Below are positions 27,721 to 40,531 of a stretch of DNA of 64,000 bases, piece by piece. How positions within the stretch are numbered: position 1 is the stretch's first letter; the number at the start of each line of letters is the position of its first letter. A program made the position numbers and the translations under genes. Below the pieces are notes generated by a model. That model made no database searches, had not been told where the DNA came from, and saw only the letters and a program-made list of their open reading frames with translations. Source of the DNA: Antedon mediterranea (lineage: Eukaryota > Animalia > Echinodermata). The stretch is taken from positions 11,470,001 to 11,534,000 of the forward strand of contig NC_092672.1 in the NCBI RefSeq assembly GCF_964355755.1. Direction: 5' to 3'.

Positions 27721-27929
27721 TCCAGTGCACAGTTAATCTGGTACAGCAAAATATAAGATTTGATTTGGTTGCCTTTTTCTGTTGAAGTTCAAGCTCTATT
27801 GAATAAATAAAATTTATTATTGTGAAATTAATAAATACTAATACAAATATTAATTGCATTGATGGAATAAATATAGAAAATGTGGTATTCTGTAAGGATT
27901 TCTTATTACTCATCATATATTCTTAATAT

Positions 27930-28660
27930 TATCACTATCACCACTATTGTCATATAACAAATTATATGCCACCACAACCAATAAAGTTACTGCCATCATC
28001 ATTGTTACCACAACCATTACCATCATCACCATCTTGTCAATTACATTAATGCCATCATTACCTTCATCATCATTGGCGCCTCAACCATACTATCAATACT
28101 ATTATGCATCATTGGCATAAATACCATCATCATCGACGCCTCAATAAATACCATCACTACCTTCATTATCATTGGCACCTAAACCAATACTGTATCACTA
28201 CTATATGCATCTGGCGACTCAATAAATACCATGATTACCTTCATTATCATTGGTGCCTCAATCAATACCGTCACTACCATCATCATCATTGGCGCCTCAA
28301 TAAATACCATCACTACCATCATCATCATTGGCACCTAAACCAATACTATCACTACTATATGCATCTGGCGACTCAATAAATACCATGACTACCTTCATTA
28401 TCATTGGCACCTAAACCAATACTATCACTACTATATGCATCTGGTGACTCAATAAATACCATCACTACCATCATCATCATTGGCGCCTCAATCAATACCA
28501 TCACTACCATCATCATCATTGGCGCCTCAATCAATACCGTTACTACCATCATCATCATTGGAGCCTCAATCAATACCATCATCATTATTGACACCACAAT
28601 CAATATCATCACTACTGTACCATCATCATTGACACATCAACCATAAAACCATCAATACCA
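27930..28660. repeat. CAT/ACC-rich minisatellite (~39-bp unit CATCATCATTGGCGCCTCAATCAATACCATCACTAC) in a degenerate trinucleotide tract that resumes at 29483-29640
   Basis: Repeated units are visible at 28065-28590. They explain the His-rich and TIIIIGASIN periodic ORFs. Confidence 0.85.
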
Positions 28661-28662
28661 TT

Positions 28663-29479
28663 GGGCCTGTTTCTGCTGCAACTGCTCAAAATACGGTATA
28701 AAAATACGGTATAAAATACGGTATTTTTTATACCGCATTTTTTAGTACCCCGTTTCTGCTAACAATACTTCTTGAGTGGTCGTGTTAAATTTCATCTTTT
28801 TTACCCAAATTGCCATTCATTTATTTGGTCGATAATTAAAAGTCGCAATAAAGGAAGTTTTACGTCTCACTTTCAACAGCCTAGCCCTAGTGATAGAGAT
28901 GTTGTGAGAGCACAGAAAACATCGTAATGGGGAAAATTAATTCGTTCCCTCCCCGAGTTATTGTATTTTGCAATGTTGTACTGCTTTCGCAGGCTCTTCA
29001 GCTTTGAGTTTACTTGCTTTGGAGACAAGTCTATTCCATACTCCTGCTTTATTTTTTTAGAAATGTCTTTATAAATGTGGTTGTCCCTTTTATTAGTTGG
29101 CCAGACATTTTAGCTTCCCCACACACATTTATTTAGTAAAACTGTGACGTCTTCGCTCCACATTTTCGCCGAATATATCTATACACGTGTGAAAAAGCAG
29201 CTGACAGCGACAGAAAATAAAAACACGAATGTTGACCTTTTGTCATGTAAAAAAAAAATACGGTATTTTTTATTGGCAGCAGAAACGGGTACAAAAAATA
29301 CGGTATAAATTTGTAAATACCGTATTTTATCCACAAATTTTGTGGGGAAAATACGGTATACAAAATACGGTATATTTTTTATGAGCGCAGTTTCTGCTGC
29401 CAAAAATATACCGTATATATACGGTATTCAAAAAATACCGTATAATATACGGTATTTAGTTGGCAGCAGAAACAGGGCC
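28663..29479. mobile_element. Harbinger/Tourist-like MITE with subterminal AAATACGGTAT repeats
   Basis: TIRs GGGCCTGTTTCTGCTGCAACT / AGTTGGCAGCAGAAACAGGGCC; ATT duplicated on both sides; about a dozen AATACGGTA/TACCGTAT motifs near both ends. Confidence 0.85.
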
Positions 29480-29977
29480 ATTGTCACCATTGCTATCACA
29501 ATCAATATGACCACTATCAATTTTCATCATTTCCACCACAATCAATGACTATAATCATTGCTACCACAACCAATATCATCATTCATGACCACAACCAATA
29601 ACATATCATCATTGTCACCACAACCAAGCGCTATACCAACAGGCAACTACTGGTCATTGCTTCTATGTTTCTGTTACCATAGCATTATATAAAATCTGTT
29701 TAATCATTTATCATTACCTTCATTTTCCATTTTTGGTTACCTAAAATATAATTTTTTCTTAATTACTGTATTATTTTGATTTCTTTTTTTCATTATCTAT
29801 ACTTTCTTTCAAACATGTTTTAAAACATTAGTTTTATTTTATTATTACTTTTTTTTTATTTTATAAATTAAAAAAACAGTAATGGATATTTTTGGTGCTA
29901 AAAGATTTTATTCCACATTTTCTTTTTATTTCACGACCATGCCGGTTTTAAAAATCGTATTCTCATTATCTCTACAG

Positions 29978-30213
29978 TGCCGTCTCCAGTCAGAGGGATA
30001 ATAGCAAGGAAAATTACCTCAACGTCCGTAAAACTGGAATGGGAAGTGCCTGAGTTTCCCAATGGAGAAATTATAAGTTATCAGATCCGTTACTATCGGC
30101 AAGACCAACCACTAACAGACGGCAAGTATCTGACGCACACTCCAACTTTCGGAGTCATTCAGGAAAAACTGATTGAAAATCTCCAACTTCTCAATCATAA
30201 ATATATATTTCAG
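29978..30213 (+). CDS. Eph: Eph receptor exon: second FN3 domain, part 1
   Basis: ctacag| ... |gtaaat; VPSPVRGI...SVKLEWEVPEFPNGEIISYQIRYY...KYIFQ; phase 1-0. Confidence 0.92.
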
Positions 30214-30767
30214 GTAAATATTTTTTCACACCATATGTCCACATTTTTAAAATTATCTTTTAATTATATAGGTTGCATTTCAAAGTCCCTATTTGGTTTG
30301 TTTGTATAAACACATTTGACATATCTTTGTCATTTGATTGGTTATTTTGTATCACCTGTTCTGTATAGGTGTATTGCATGGTAAACGTTCTATTTGATGG
30401 TTCTATTAAATGGTTTTGTACAACTTTCTTTAAACATACATTTTTTAAAGGCTGAATGTAGTTGTAGGCCATTTTAATGTGTATAGATGTGATGCTTGAA
30501 TATTAGATCTGTATATCATACAAACAGCAAAACTATTTGTGTAGTCAATATTTTATTTACAAACAATCTCTGTTGGGGAGAAAGAAAGATCTATTAAATA
30601 GCAGTAGATTTAACTAATGTTTGTCTTTGCGTATAAACTGATTTCTACACTCTTCATAATGCTCATGTGTTGCTAGACTAGTATAAATGCAAATAAACAC
30701 AATTAAAAGTAAGGTTTATAGTACACCATAACATCATTTGTTATGAAACACAATGTGTAAAGCCTGA

Positions 30768-30898
30768 AGCTCTATCTACACTGTCAAAAAATGTGCCATA
30801 GTAGTAATATGCTTAAATATGGCAGTGATATGACATCATCATGTCCAAATATGGGCACATCACATTTTTGTGTCATCATAAAGTTTGTAGACAGAGTT
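30768..30898. mobile_element. small Harbinger-like MITE, degenerate copy
   Basis: GCTCTATCTACACTGTCAAA ... TTTGTAGACAGAG; same family as 35123-35289. Confidence 0.7.
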
Positions 30899-31223
30899 TA
30901 CCTTACTCTACAACTGGTTGAATTAGATTGCAGTCTGGCAGTGGCAGAAGTAAACCAACTGCAAGAATTGCTTTCAATAGCAAATGTACCACATCAACAC
31001 TAATTCAATACAAATTAAAGGTGCTTGTTTAGTGGTCTCCAATAGAACCTATAGAAATGACAGTATGAATAATTCATTGCTTAGGTCAAATTTATATTTA
31101 GGTTGCGCTTATGCCCTTGCCTTTCATCGTAGTGGGAACAAGGTTTTAGTTTGCATTAAAATTGGTTTAGGTTAACAACTTTAATTAAACATTCTAATTA
31201 TGTTTTCTAATCATTTTGTTAAG

Positions 31224-31287
31224 GTTCGAGCTCAAACCAAGTCAGGATTTGGAGCGTATAGCCATCCAACATCAGCATCATCAACAA
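31224..31287 (+). CDS. Eph: Eph receptor exon: second FN3 domain, part 2
   Basis: ttaag| VRAQTKSGFGAYSHPTSASST |gtaag; 64 nt, phase 0-1, completes FQVRAxTxxGxGxYS. Confidence 0.9.
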
Positions 31288-32351
31288 GTAAGATTTTTAT
31301 CCTAAAATAACTTTCTATTGAGTATAATTCTCACTTATATTAAAGGAAAAGGTTTTGGAAACTCCAGACTAGCACAAATATTGCTTGTAACAATACCAAA
31401 GTAATACATCATTCAGGATACAAAAATATACAATAAAAAACCAGTTATTACTATTTGAAAAAATACAACTTATTTGATAGTATAACTCTGGCTACAGCAG
31501 ATATTTCAGCTAGTTCCCTATATTTTATGGCAGAATAGCATTATACATCTGCTGCATGGCATGGCAATTACAACTCAATCACTCTTGAGTTCTGGTGGTA
31601 GAAAATTAAGTATTCTCAAATACGAACTTCAGTCTAGCGTCTAGCGTACACCTTAGACTGTCATGTATAGAAAATAGGCACCTGTACATATACATGGCTT
31701 CCTTAAGCCTTAACATAACACTATCAAAAGTGTTAAAATCTAATCTGTCTATGAAAGAATTTAGTGCGTTATTGAATATTTTTACTATATACATTTTCAA
31801 ATTGTATTTTTTTTACTATATTCCTGATCTTTTTATAGAAATTAATACCTTTTCAAATAAACAGGATGTTACCTTCTTATACTCTTAAACATATATCAAA
31901 ACTTGTGACTATAAATTATGTAGAATTCATCTTAAATCAAACGGTAAAGATACAAGTCTAATACCAGACTTTTCAAAGTTTTAAATAACATCGTTAACCA
32001 AATTCTGTTAAATCTTTTAGTTATCGTAATTCGACCACAGTCCAATATTCAAATGCGACCTATTTCTATCAATCTTACAGTAAGGATTGTTCTAAAGAGA
32101 TTTCTTTTTTTCACAACAAGATCAAATCGAGATCTACACTGTAATTCTGTTCTGATTTCTGTGCCGCATTTTTCTTTCGCGCCGCGGCTGTTGAAAACTT
32201 GACAAATGTAATAACACTATATTGAATTTATCTTAAGGCTGTTAGGCTTTAATCAGCTTATAGTCTGAATGTCATTGTCCCTGATTTCACAAAGATATAT
32301 ATATAATAATAATCTACTGTATTGTTTTACTAGAGAAAAGTACTAGAATAG

Positions 32352-32369
32352 TGCCAATAGATGGCGCTA
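32352..32369 (+). promoter_or_regulatory. CTCF-like motif
   Basis: TGCCAATAGATGGCGCTA is close to the CTCF consensus; motif match only. Confidence 0.35.
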
Positions 32370-32710
32370 TTGAAAAAAATATCATTCACAGTAAGAAAAA
32401 TATGCCCAGTGCAAAGTTATTTTTACGCACTTTAAATATAGTCAAACTTGTTCTGCTTACTGCTACAGTAGGTACAATCCAATAATGTTTAGACTCAGAT
32501 ATTTAGAGGCCTGCTTTGCATTTGTATTGGAGTTACTATCACATTATTGTAACAGAGAGAGAAAGTAAATATGATTTGGATTAGTTTACTTTCCTGTTTC
32601 ATAACTCAACTATTTTCTTTTTAAGATGGAAATGAAGGTTTTAATGAAAGCTCTTCAGTTCTCACATTTATTGAGAAAAATGTGTTATATTTTGATGCTT
32701 GTTTCCTTAA

Positions 32711-33056
32711 AGACCCATTCTCTACAATTGTAGACATTTTGTAAAAAGTATGCATATATATTACTTTAACAACATTAAACCAGGTCATAAAATGTACGTT
32801 TTATGGTAAATTATGATAACAATATAGAAACAATGCACTACAGCTTGTGTCGAATGTCTTCTCGTGGACGGTCTTTAGGCCTAGCCTAACTAGGCTTAGT
32901 TTTGTAGGCCTTAGCTGGTAAGTGGCAGTAACATACGGAAATTGTACGCTAGACATAGGAAAAAAGTTATCGCAATAGGACCACATAGTATTTATTTTTA
33001 CATTAAATGTAGTTTTTGACCTTAAATTAGATCTAAAAAACGTAGGGAATGGGACT
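32711..33056 (-). mobile_element. Kolobok-type MITE, internally deleted copy B
   Basis: TTAA|AGACCCATTC ... CGTAGGGAATGGGACT|TTAA; both ends match the reverse complement of 9458-10083. Confidence 0.82.
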
Positions 33057-33569
33057 TTAAGAAAAAAGGAGGAATGAAGAACAACCAGATAAAGATTTAG
33101 AAACTCTTCTAATAATATCACTATATCTTAAAAACAAAACGCAAAAACAGTATAATTGACGACATAATTGAAGAACACTTATATAAATATTGTATTTATA
33201 AGTGATACGTTATCAGTAAAGAGGGGAAAAAAGAAATAAAAATAATATTTAGATAGATAAAAATTATTATTGTTACAAACTATGCAAAATCAAGTATGAA
33301 CACAAAAAAGAAATTTAATGGCTACTGACAACCTGTTAAATAACATTTCCTATAAATGTAAGTCAGGGTTTATATTTATTTTATAAATGATCATAAAATA
33401 TATATTGACTTATATATCCTTTGGGCTTATCTTTTATTAGCCATATATATTATACCTATTTTTAGTAGTTGACAAAAAAGTAAAATATACAGAAATTAAG
33501 TACTTTCTAGAAATAAATTGACAGATTTATGTTTTTAGACTAAAATGTTGCATTTGTGTAATCTTGTAG

Positions 33570-33681
33570 ATGCTGATGACAATACTCCATTCGGAATAGG
33601 ACCAATTGTAGCCATGGCTGCCGCAGCGGTGTTTATTTTCATTGTGATACTGGCCATTATCTACTTGTCCGTGAGAAGGAG
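33570..33681 (+). CDS. Eph: Eph receptor exon: transmembrane helix
   Basis: tgtag| ADDNTPFGIGPIVAMAAAAVFIFIVILAIIYLSVRR |gtttg; phase 1-2. Confidence 0.9.
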
Positions 33682-35122
33682 GTTTGTATTTCTATTTAAA
33701 AATATTAAAAAGAATAGATGTGCATTGTTTTAATTTTTATGTATAACATAGCTCTACTATCAATAATTGTTTTTTATATATATAATATTCCTAATAGCAA
33801 TAAATCTGGGGATTTATTGATTCATTCATTTTGATGATTTTGTATATAATAATTGGCTAATATTTGTATAAATGTATTTCTTTATTAATACATATCTTTA
33901 AATAATTTTAATTTTAAAATGTGTCAACAATTTAAACTTATTAACTTTATTTTAAACATCATCTGTGAAAAATGATGTATAATTTGAATGCATATGGAGG
34001 AATTCAACAAGCAAATATTACTTTAGTATTACTATCATTTAATATACATTCATATTGTATATATTACAAATTAAACCTATTACATCTTACCATGTACGCA
34101 TAGTATGTCCATAGAGCTTGTTATCAACTTATTGTATTCACTCTTGAGGGAGTGGAAGGTTGTTGATGTAGATTCTTGACTCTGTTTTGATTATGTCTTA
34201 AATATAATAGTACCAGATTGTCGTAATAAACCTTTGCAATGGGTTGAAAAAATAAGATTTATAGATCGATTCCTAAACTTGCCAGTTTGTAAATTATCCA
34301 TGGCAATTAGTAAAACAAATAAACCATAAAAGAAACAAACTTGTGACTTTTCTGCTTAAGAAAGTGAATCCAGCGCAAAATGAACCACATGCAACAGTGA
34401 TTTTTCGGATTGTAAAAGTACCTCAGTTAAGTTTTACTTGGCAGTAATATAGTAAAATGGTGATAGTTAACTACTACTCTTTGCCATTTTGCTTGTATTA
34501 GATAAGATAGCTTACTCTCACGGCCTCATCATTCGAATGCAATGTAAAGATGTAGATCCTCTGTATATACTGTACATTACACTATTTGAAAAACGTGGAA
34601 ATTGTCTTTTCTCCCGGTGTGCTGATGTTACTTTGCCGTAAATACAAGAATTAAAGTGGTGGGATGGTCACAAAAAAGTGGGACAATTTCTGTGCGGGCC
34701 ACAGGGGTTTCAAGGCCTCTGTCAAAAAGTGGTCAGGTGAAACCTTACCAACTGTAGTAGTGGCTACGGCCCTGTGTTAGCTTCTGCACTGTGGCTTCCG
34801 CAAATAAAATATGGCCAATCCAACATTTAAATTTATCAAGGCATGGTTAAAACTTTAATACTTAAAATATAGTCAAAACATTGATTCGGGAGTCTGACAT
34901 TAACAATCAGGGAAATGCAACTGGTAAAGCAGATAAAGAAACTAAAGAGTAGATTAGTTTTACGCATTTTTCAACATATTTCTATCTTCACGCTTCAGCT
35001 ATTCCAAGTTGGATGATCGTTTGTATGCTCAGATACCACTTTCTGTTCGCTATTGGTAATTGAGGATGCTCTTTATCTTAAACCCTCACATTTGATTGGT
35101 TAACGGCATGTTTATCTACTAA

Positions 35123-35289
35123 GGCTCTGTCTACACTATCAAACTTGTTTGACAAAAGAAGTGTGATGTGGCCAAATATGGTAGTGATATGCCCAATTAT
35201 GTTTAGTAATATGACATCATCATGCCCATACTGTATATGGGCACATCACATTTTTTTGTCACATACATTTTGATAGTGTAGACAGAGCA
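35123..35289. mobile_element. small Harbinger-like MITE
   Basis: TIR GCTCTGTCTACACTATCAAA / TTTGATAGTGTAGACAGAGC, flanked by TAA on both sides. Confidence 0.8.
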
Positions 35290-36464
35290 TAAGCCTTGTT
35301 TTTGTTTTGTATGTTGCCATTTAAAGTATGCCATGTATTTTTTTTATTAAAAAATGTTCACATTCATATTTCATATGTGATAATGTTCTATTTTGATTAA
35401 AACTTATTGAAATCTATTGCCTGATTTTAAAATTCACCCCTTTTATTCAAAAGACACCCTAAAATGATTTTTACTCATTTTTAATATGTATGTTAAAAAT
35501 TGCATGATACAGGACACGTTTTTTTTTTCTAAATATATTATTTTTAATTTTAAAATTGTATATGTAATTCTTATATAATTTATTTGATTATTATGCATTT
35601 TTCATGTATATATTTTTAAAATTTAATTTATAAACTAACATAATGTGTGAATTTAACAAGAACATTTATTTTCAATATATATTTTGTTATTTTGTTATTT
35701 TGTTTTATATATACTGCATAATTTGAAAATGAATTTAGTCCCTTTCAATGTTGACCACACACTCACTCAGATTCAAATTTACCCCCTTTGCATTTGTATC
35801 TGTTTGGTTTCTTTAAACCCCCTTATCTTTTTTTTAAAGGCTGTGGACTTTAAATTAATTTTAAGTTGCACCTTACTGAACTGTATTCAAATTTTAATAT
35901 TTCATATCTAATCGACTCCACTTTAATACTGTATTTAAAACTTTCCTTGAATTTTTCTTGAACTTTGCCATTTTCGTTGATAATTTATTATTTTTTATGG
36001 TGAAATAAGTCTTGCTTTCAGCTTTATTTTAAATCGCTGTAAGCAGTAAAGAACGTTGTTAAAGAAAACTGATGAAGAATTTGCATATTCTTGAGAAAAT
36101 ATTTATCACTCTAAATATTGAGAAGGCAAAATGCCAATTTAAGATTTCTATTATCAAAAAAATATTTTGATTGATGAAATTGTTTTAGCAGGCATGTCAA
36201 CATCAAAGGGAAAATCGCGTTCCGCATCTAATTAACACATATGTGTACCAGCTCGCGCAGTGTTTGATCTTGTCACCATAGTAACAGAAACCGTTGAAAA
36301 ATCACAAGGGTTTCAAATTTAACATTAAAACAAAATTTTAATTCTGGTTTATACTTCTGACAGTCTCCAAGGTAATAAATGTATGATAGAATATAAATTT
36401 GTATGAAATATGCTTTATGAATAATTATTTTTAAACTGAATGTTCTAATTTTGTTTTCTCATAG

Positions 36465-36526
36465 GAAGGGGAAAGACCCGTTACCATCAACAGAGGGAAT
36501 CATTTATTCAAACTCAAATGGTGAAG
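36465..36526 (+). CDS. Eph: Eph receptor exon: juxtamembrane linker
   Basis: ctcatag| (R)KGKDPLPSTEGIIYSNSNGE |gttag; 62 nt, phase 2-1, fits both neighbouring exons. Confidence 0.8.
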
Positions 36527-36827
36527 GTTAGATTAATCTCTTTAAATATTACATTTATTACATGTTTTTTATAAACTAATTCTTAAGCAATGGTAAGGTA
36601 ACGTTACTATAATAACTGTAATTGACAAGGTTTGGCGTAACATAATTAGAAAATATTAATGACTTATATTGTGTCTATCTCTAAATGGAGGAACCTTTAA
36701 TAATGATTTAATTGACTGGGAGTATTCTACTTTGCCATTTGTCTTACTTTCAATGAAACCATAATCTTAAGATAAACTTTTGAAATACATTTTTAAATAT
36801 AAAATATTTTTGTATATGTTGGTATAG

Positions 36828-36962
36828 TTGCCCTTCCACAACTGAGTAAGCCTCGGACGTATGTTGACCCCAGTATATATGGTGACCCTGACAGGGCATT
36901 GAAGGAGTTCACAACTGAGATAGAAGCAAATTCAATCCGAATCATTGCTGTTATTGGAGGTG
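36828..36962 (+). CDS. Eph: Eph receptor exon: juxtamembrane tyrosines and kinase start
   Basis: RTYVDPSIYGDPDRALKEFTTEI...IIAVIGG, matching the Eph YxDPxxYxDP motif; phase 1-1. Confidence 0.93.
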
Positions 36963-37620
36963 GTATGTATTCTGTTTGTTATATTCAAGTGTTGTGAATT
37001 TCTGGCAAAGTATACATCTTTTATATAATAATTCTTGCTACAATTATTGGTGTACAAATAATCATCATCAGTACAAATGTCCATACTAGATGTCTTTACT
37101 ATAAACTATTAACAAAAAATCTTTTTTTATAAACCCAACCCTAACCCATCCAAATCACCTATAAAAAAAAAGCGACATCACCTAAAGCTAACCCTCTAAA
37201 AAAATGAGTACCTAAGTTTTACAAACTCGTGCTCGTTGCATCAGCTAGTTGATTTGCTTAAGGTAAAATTGACCAATTGACATAACTAACTAACTAATCA
37301 TTAGTTAGTTACTTCAAACGTCATAGTGGCCTCTATTCATACAGTCATATAATTCATTCATTCAATCCTTTGTTTTTGGAATCTCTGGTCCTTAGAAAAT
37401 AACGTAATTACGTATGTTACACATGCAATACAGGCTGTAAGTTTTAAGATGTTTAAAGTTTAAACTATGATATTGATTTATTTGGTTTTGTATTCAATAT
37501 TATATTTTACACCCATAATAGTGGTCATTTTTTCTGTTTTTTTCTTTTATCAATTTGCAAGTTTTTAAAATTTAAACGATGCAAAATAATTTAATTTCAT
37601 AATATTTTTTTAATATGTAG

Positions 37621-37806
37621 GTGAATTTGGTGATGTGTGTAGTGGTTTCCTTCGTCAAGCAGACAGTTCAAATCGTAAAGTTGCTGTGAAGATGTTGAAG
37701 CCTGGCGCGTCCGAGTCTGACCGACATAATTTCCTGTTAGAAGCTTCTATCATGGGACAGTTCCTTCACCCAAATGTCGTTGAACTTCTTGGCGTTGTGA
37801 CAAAAA
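37621..37806 (+). CDS. Eph: Eph receptor exon: kinase subdomains I-IV
   Basis: GEFGDVCSG...VAVKMLK...FLLEASIMGQFLHPNVVELLGVVTK; |gtgaga. Confidence 0.95.
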
Positions 37807-38150
37807 GTGAGAAGACAACACACCTGTTGTAGTGGTGTTTAAAATAAAATTGTGTTTCTTCTTCAGTAGAATTTGTGTCTACTAGTTAATTGCTATCTTA
37901 TGCGAGAGAATACAATTTAGCATCTGGTTCACATGAACTTATGACCATTTTAAATTCATAATCTACATTTCAAACTAATTCAATTAGATAACCGGGGCAA
38001 TATTGTGAAGCGCTTAGAAGCTTTAAGCAAAGCGCTATATAAGATTGACATATTATTATTTTTATTATTACAATCAAAATGTTATTGAATAGTGAATTAC
38101 AATTTCTCAATTCATTTTGACATTGTGTGTATTTCTTACAATTTTTATAG

Positions 38151-38212
38151 CTCGTCCAGCGATGATTATTACAGAATTTGTTGCAAATGGAGCACTGGAT
38201 ACATTTCTTCGT
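38151..38212 (+). CDS. Eph: Eph receptor exon: kinase hinge
   Basis: ttatag| (T)RPAMIITEFVANGALDTFLR |gtaagt; phase 1-0. Confidence 0.93.
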
Positions 38213-38607
38213 GTAAGTTAACATCTAGTATATTTTTTTACAATTCAAGAAAATTAACACAAATTTGTTTATTTAAATAAGTTTGCAACTAAAATGAAGA
38301 ACTTGTAGATCTAGCTTCGCTTTCTTAAAAAGTTGAATGATGTCTTAAACATGCTCTGTCTATCTTATTTTATCTACTGTCCCCTTTCATCCACTGTCTC
38401 GATGGGAAAGATCAATATTCATTATATCATTCTATAAATGTTATACTAATTTTTAGTTACGGTTTTTGTCATTTTGTAGTCCTTTATTTGGAGTGTCGAA
38501 AAATAACTTTTGTAACATAAAATTGTAATTGTTTACTCTTATTTTACTTTTATTAGCATAAATGCCAGTTGTTGTTGATTGTAGATTGTTATTTCTTACC
38601 TCTATAG

Positions 38608-38808
38608 GAGCATGATGGCCAATTCACAATGGTACAACTCGTAGGTATGCTTAGATGCATAGCATCTGGTATGCGCTATTTATCGGAAATGAACTATGTA
38701 CACCGTGACCTGGCAGCCAGGAATATACTCGTAGATGAGACTCTTGACTGTAAGGTCGCAGACTTTGGTTTATCGAGAGAAAAAGAAGAAGGAGCATATG
38801 AAACAAAG
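38608..38808 (+). CDS. Eph: Eph receptor exon: kinase catalytic loop
   Basis: [16 protein letters not shown]...[13 protein letters not shown]...[10 protein letters not shown]...AYETK. Confidence 0.96.
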
Positions 38809-38985
38809 GTAGTGTTATTTTCAATGATGAGATGCAAGTATCTCACTATTGTACAGGGTTGCCCCCCGGAATACAACTAGGGTGTTATAAAGTCATTTAT
38901 TTATGGACGCTCCTACACATAGATGATGCCCACACAATAAGAAGCATTCCAAGTTTTGTGTAATTTCGTTTAGTCTCAAAACTTG

Positions 38986-39310
38986 ATTATTATTATTATT
39001 ATTATTATTTATTGCCAAAAACCAGTTACAAACAAACAAAACACAGAAACTAAGGGAGTAGGCAGGAACCTAAAAGTGAACTTAATCACTATAACAAGAG
39101 TTCAGGTTCCGTACTCCCAAAGTAACAACAATGATATAAAATAAACTATATAAAAATATTTAAAAAACAAATAGACGAATCAACAGTGTCAATATAAAAT
39201 AAACGGATAAAATACATAATAGTCGATTCAGCAAAGTCAATATAAAACATGTGATTTAAGTGAATTTAAAAATATTTGAAAACTGTCTAAAATTAAAGAA
39301 TTTGATACTA
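38986..39310 (-). mobile_element. probable LINE 3'-end fragment
   Basis: On the minus strand, a short terminal frame (...FQIFLNSLKSHVLY*), a T-rich UTR, AATAAA and a (TAA)n tail. Confidence 0.45.
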
Positions 39311-39665
39311 CTGGACAGGAAACAGCCAAAGAAAAACCGGTCAAATTAGTTACAGCCAGAAGGTTTTAAGACAACATGTCACAAGAAACTAGGCTGGCAT
39401 ATGTATGTTGGTTTGCTAGTCTCTATGTAACTTTTAAAAAATCCAAACGTTGAGGGTGCTATGACAAATCTGGGGCATCAATTTTGGTAATAAACCAGTC
39501 ACTAAAGGCATTATAGCCATTGTATGTTTTGTTTATTATTAATATTATCAGGAGAGTTTAAAAGGTCTGGATATTAAAACAAATAGTATATGTATATATT
39601 TTGTTTCCTTAATAAAATTGTCTCTAACCTTTTTGTCTCAATGTTTTTTGTTTTTTTTGTTACAG

Positions 39666-39818
39666 GGAGGAGGAAAAATCCCAGTAAGATGGACGTCACC
39701 TGAGGCAATATCTTACAAAAAATTTACTTCTGCGTCAGACGTATGGAGTTATGGGATCGTTATGTGGGAAGTCATGTCCTATGGGGAGCGGCCATATTGG
39801 AACTGGTCAAACCATGAT
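39666..39818 (+). CDS. Eph: Eph receptor exon: kinase subdomains VIII-IX
   Basis: [51 protein letters not shown]. Confidence 0.96.
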
Positions 39819-40343
39819 GTATGTATTAATTTGTTATGAATGAGAAGAAATACAGTTTATTGTTTAACACTACAACCATGAGCCCTATTCAGGAACAGCT
39901 TTATTGGGGGCACTTGATTGGGTACCAGGGGTGTTCCTTTAAGGTAGTTCTAGCATTATACTCCTCACATGATTTTTTATACAACAAATTATGTAAAATA
40001 CAATGTCCTGTGTAATACATATAAAACTGTGGTGTAAATTTAATTTATAATTCCTTAAAAAACAGAGAGAAATAAAACGAAATATGGTTTATGCAAAGCC
40101 GTCTTGCAAATTGAGTCAGTAGGTTGTAATATTAGGCCATATGAAATAAAGAGCCCAACAAATTGTCCCCTTAATAATAAGGTTGTTTCGTGAATAGGAG
40201 TATGTCTTGTGTACCAATAAACTGTTTTAAACATTGACATCTTTTTTTCTGGATTGTTGTGCAGGGTTTTTTTTCCCATTGACAAAAATGTTATTTGATT
40301 TGTTTTTTGAACTACAATATAAACTTTTTGTTCAATTTTTCAG

Positions 40344-40531
40344 GTTCTACAAGCTGTAGAAAAGGGATACCGTCTTCCACCACCAATGGATTGTCCTCAA
40401 GCTAGCTATCAAATGATGTTAGATTGTTGGCAGAAGGACAGACTTCACAGGCCAACGTTTGGCACTCTGGTATCAACTCTTGACAGGCTAGCTAGAAACC
40501 CAAGCATACTTTTGAGCATGGCTAAAGTTAG
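40344..40531 (+). CDS. Eph: Eph receptor exon: kinase C-lobe end
   Basis: ttttcag| [39 protein letters not shown]...LARNPSIL |gtaagt; phase 0-2. Confidence 0.95.

Noticed and set aside
28104-28646. His-rich, Ile-rich and Met-rich ORFs
   Set aside because: These are translations of the CAT-rich minisatellite in different frames.
31606-31800. LRLKEAMY resembling a GIY-YIG C-terminus
   Set aside because: Single short motif with no other PLE residues or hammerhead nearby; at most a very decayed repeat.
38750-39700. atypical or dead Eph kinase (short activation loop, TSPE instead of TAPE)
   Set aside because: [15 protein letters not shown] and the activation-loop Tyr are intact; the loop is only slightly shorter and TSPE occurs in active Ephs.
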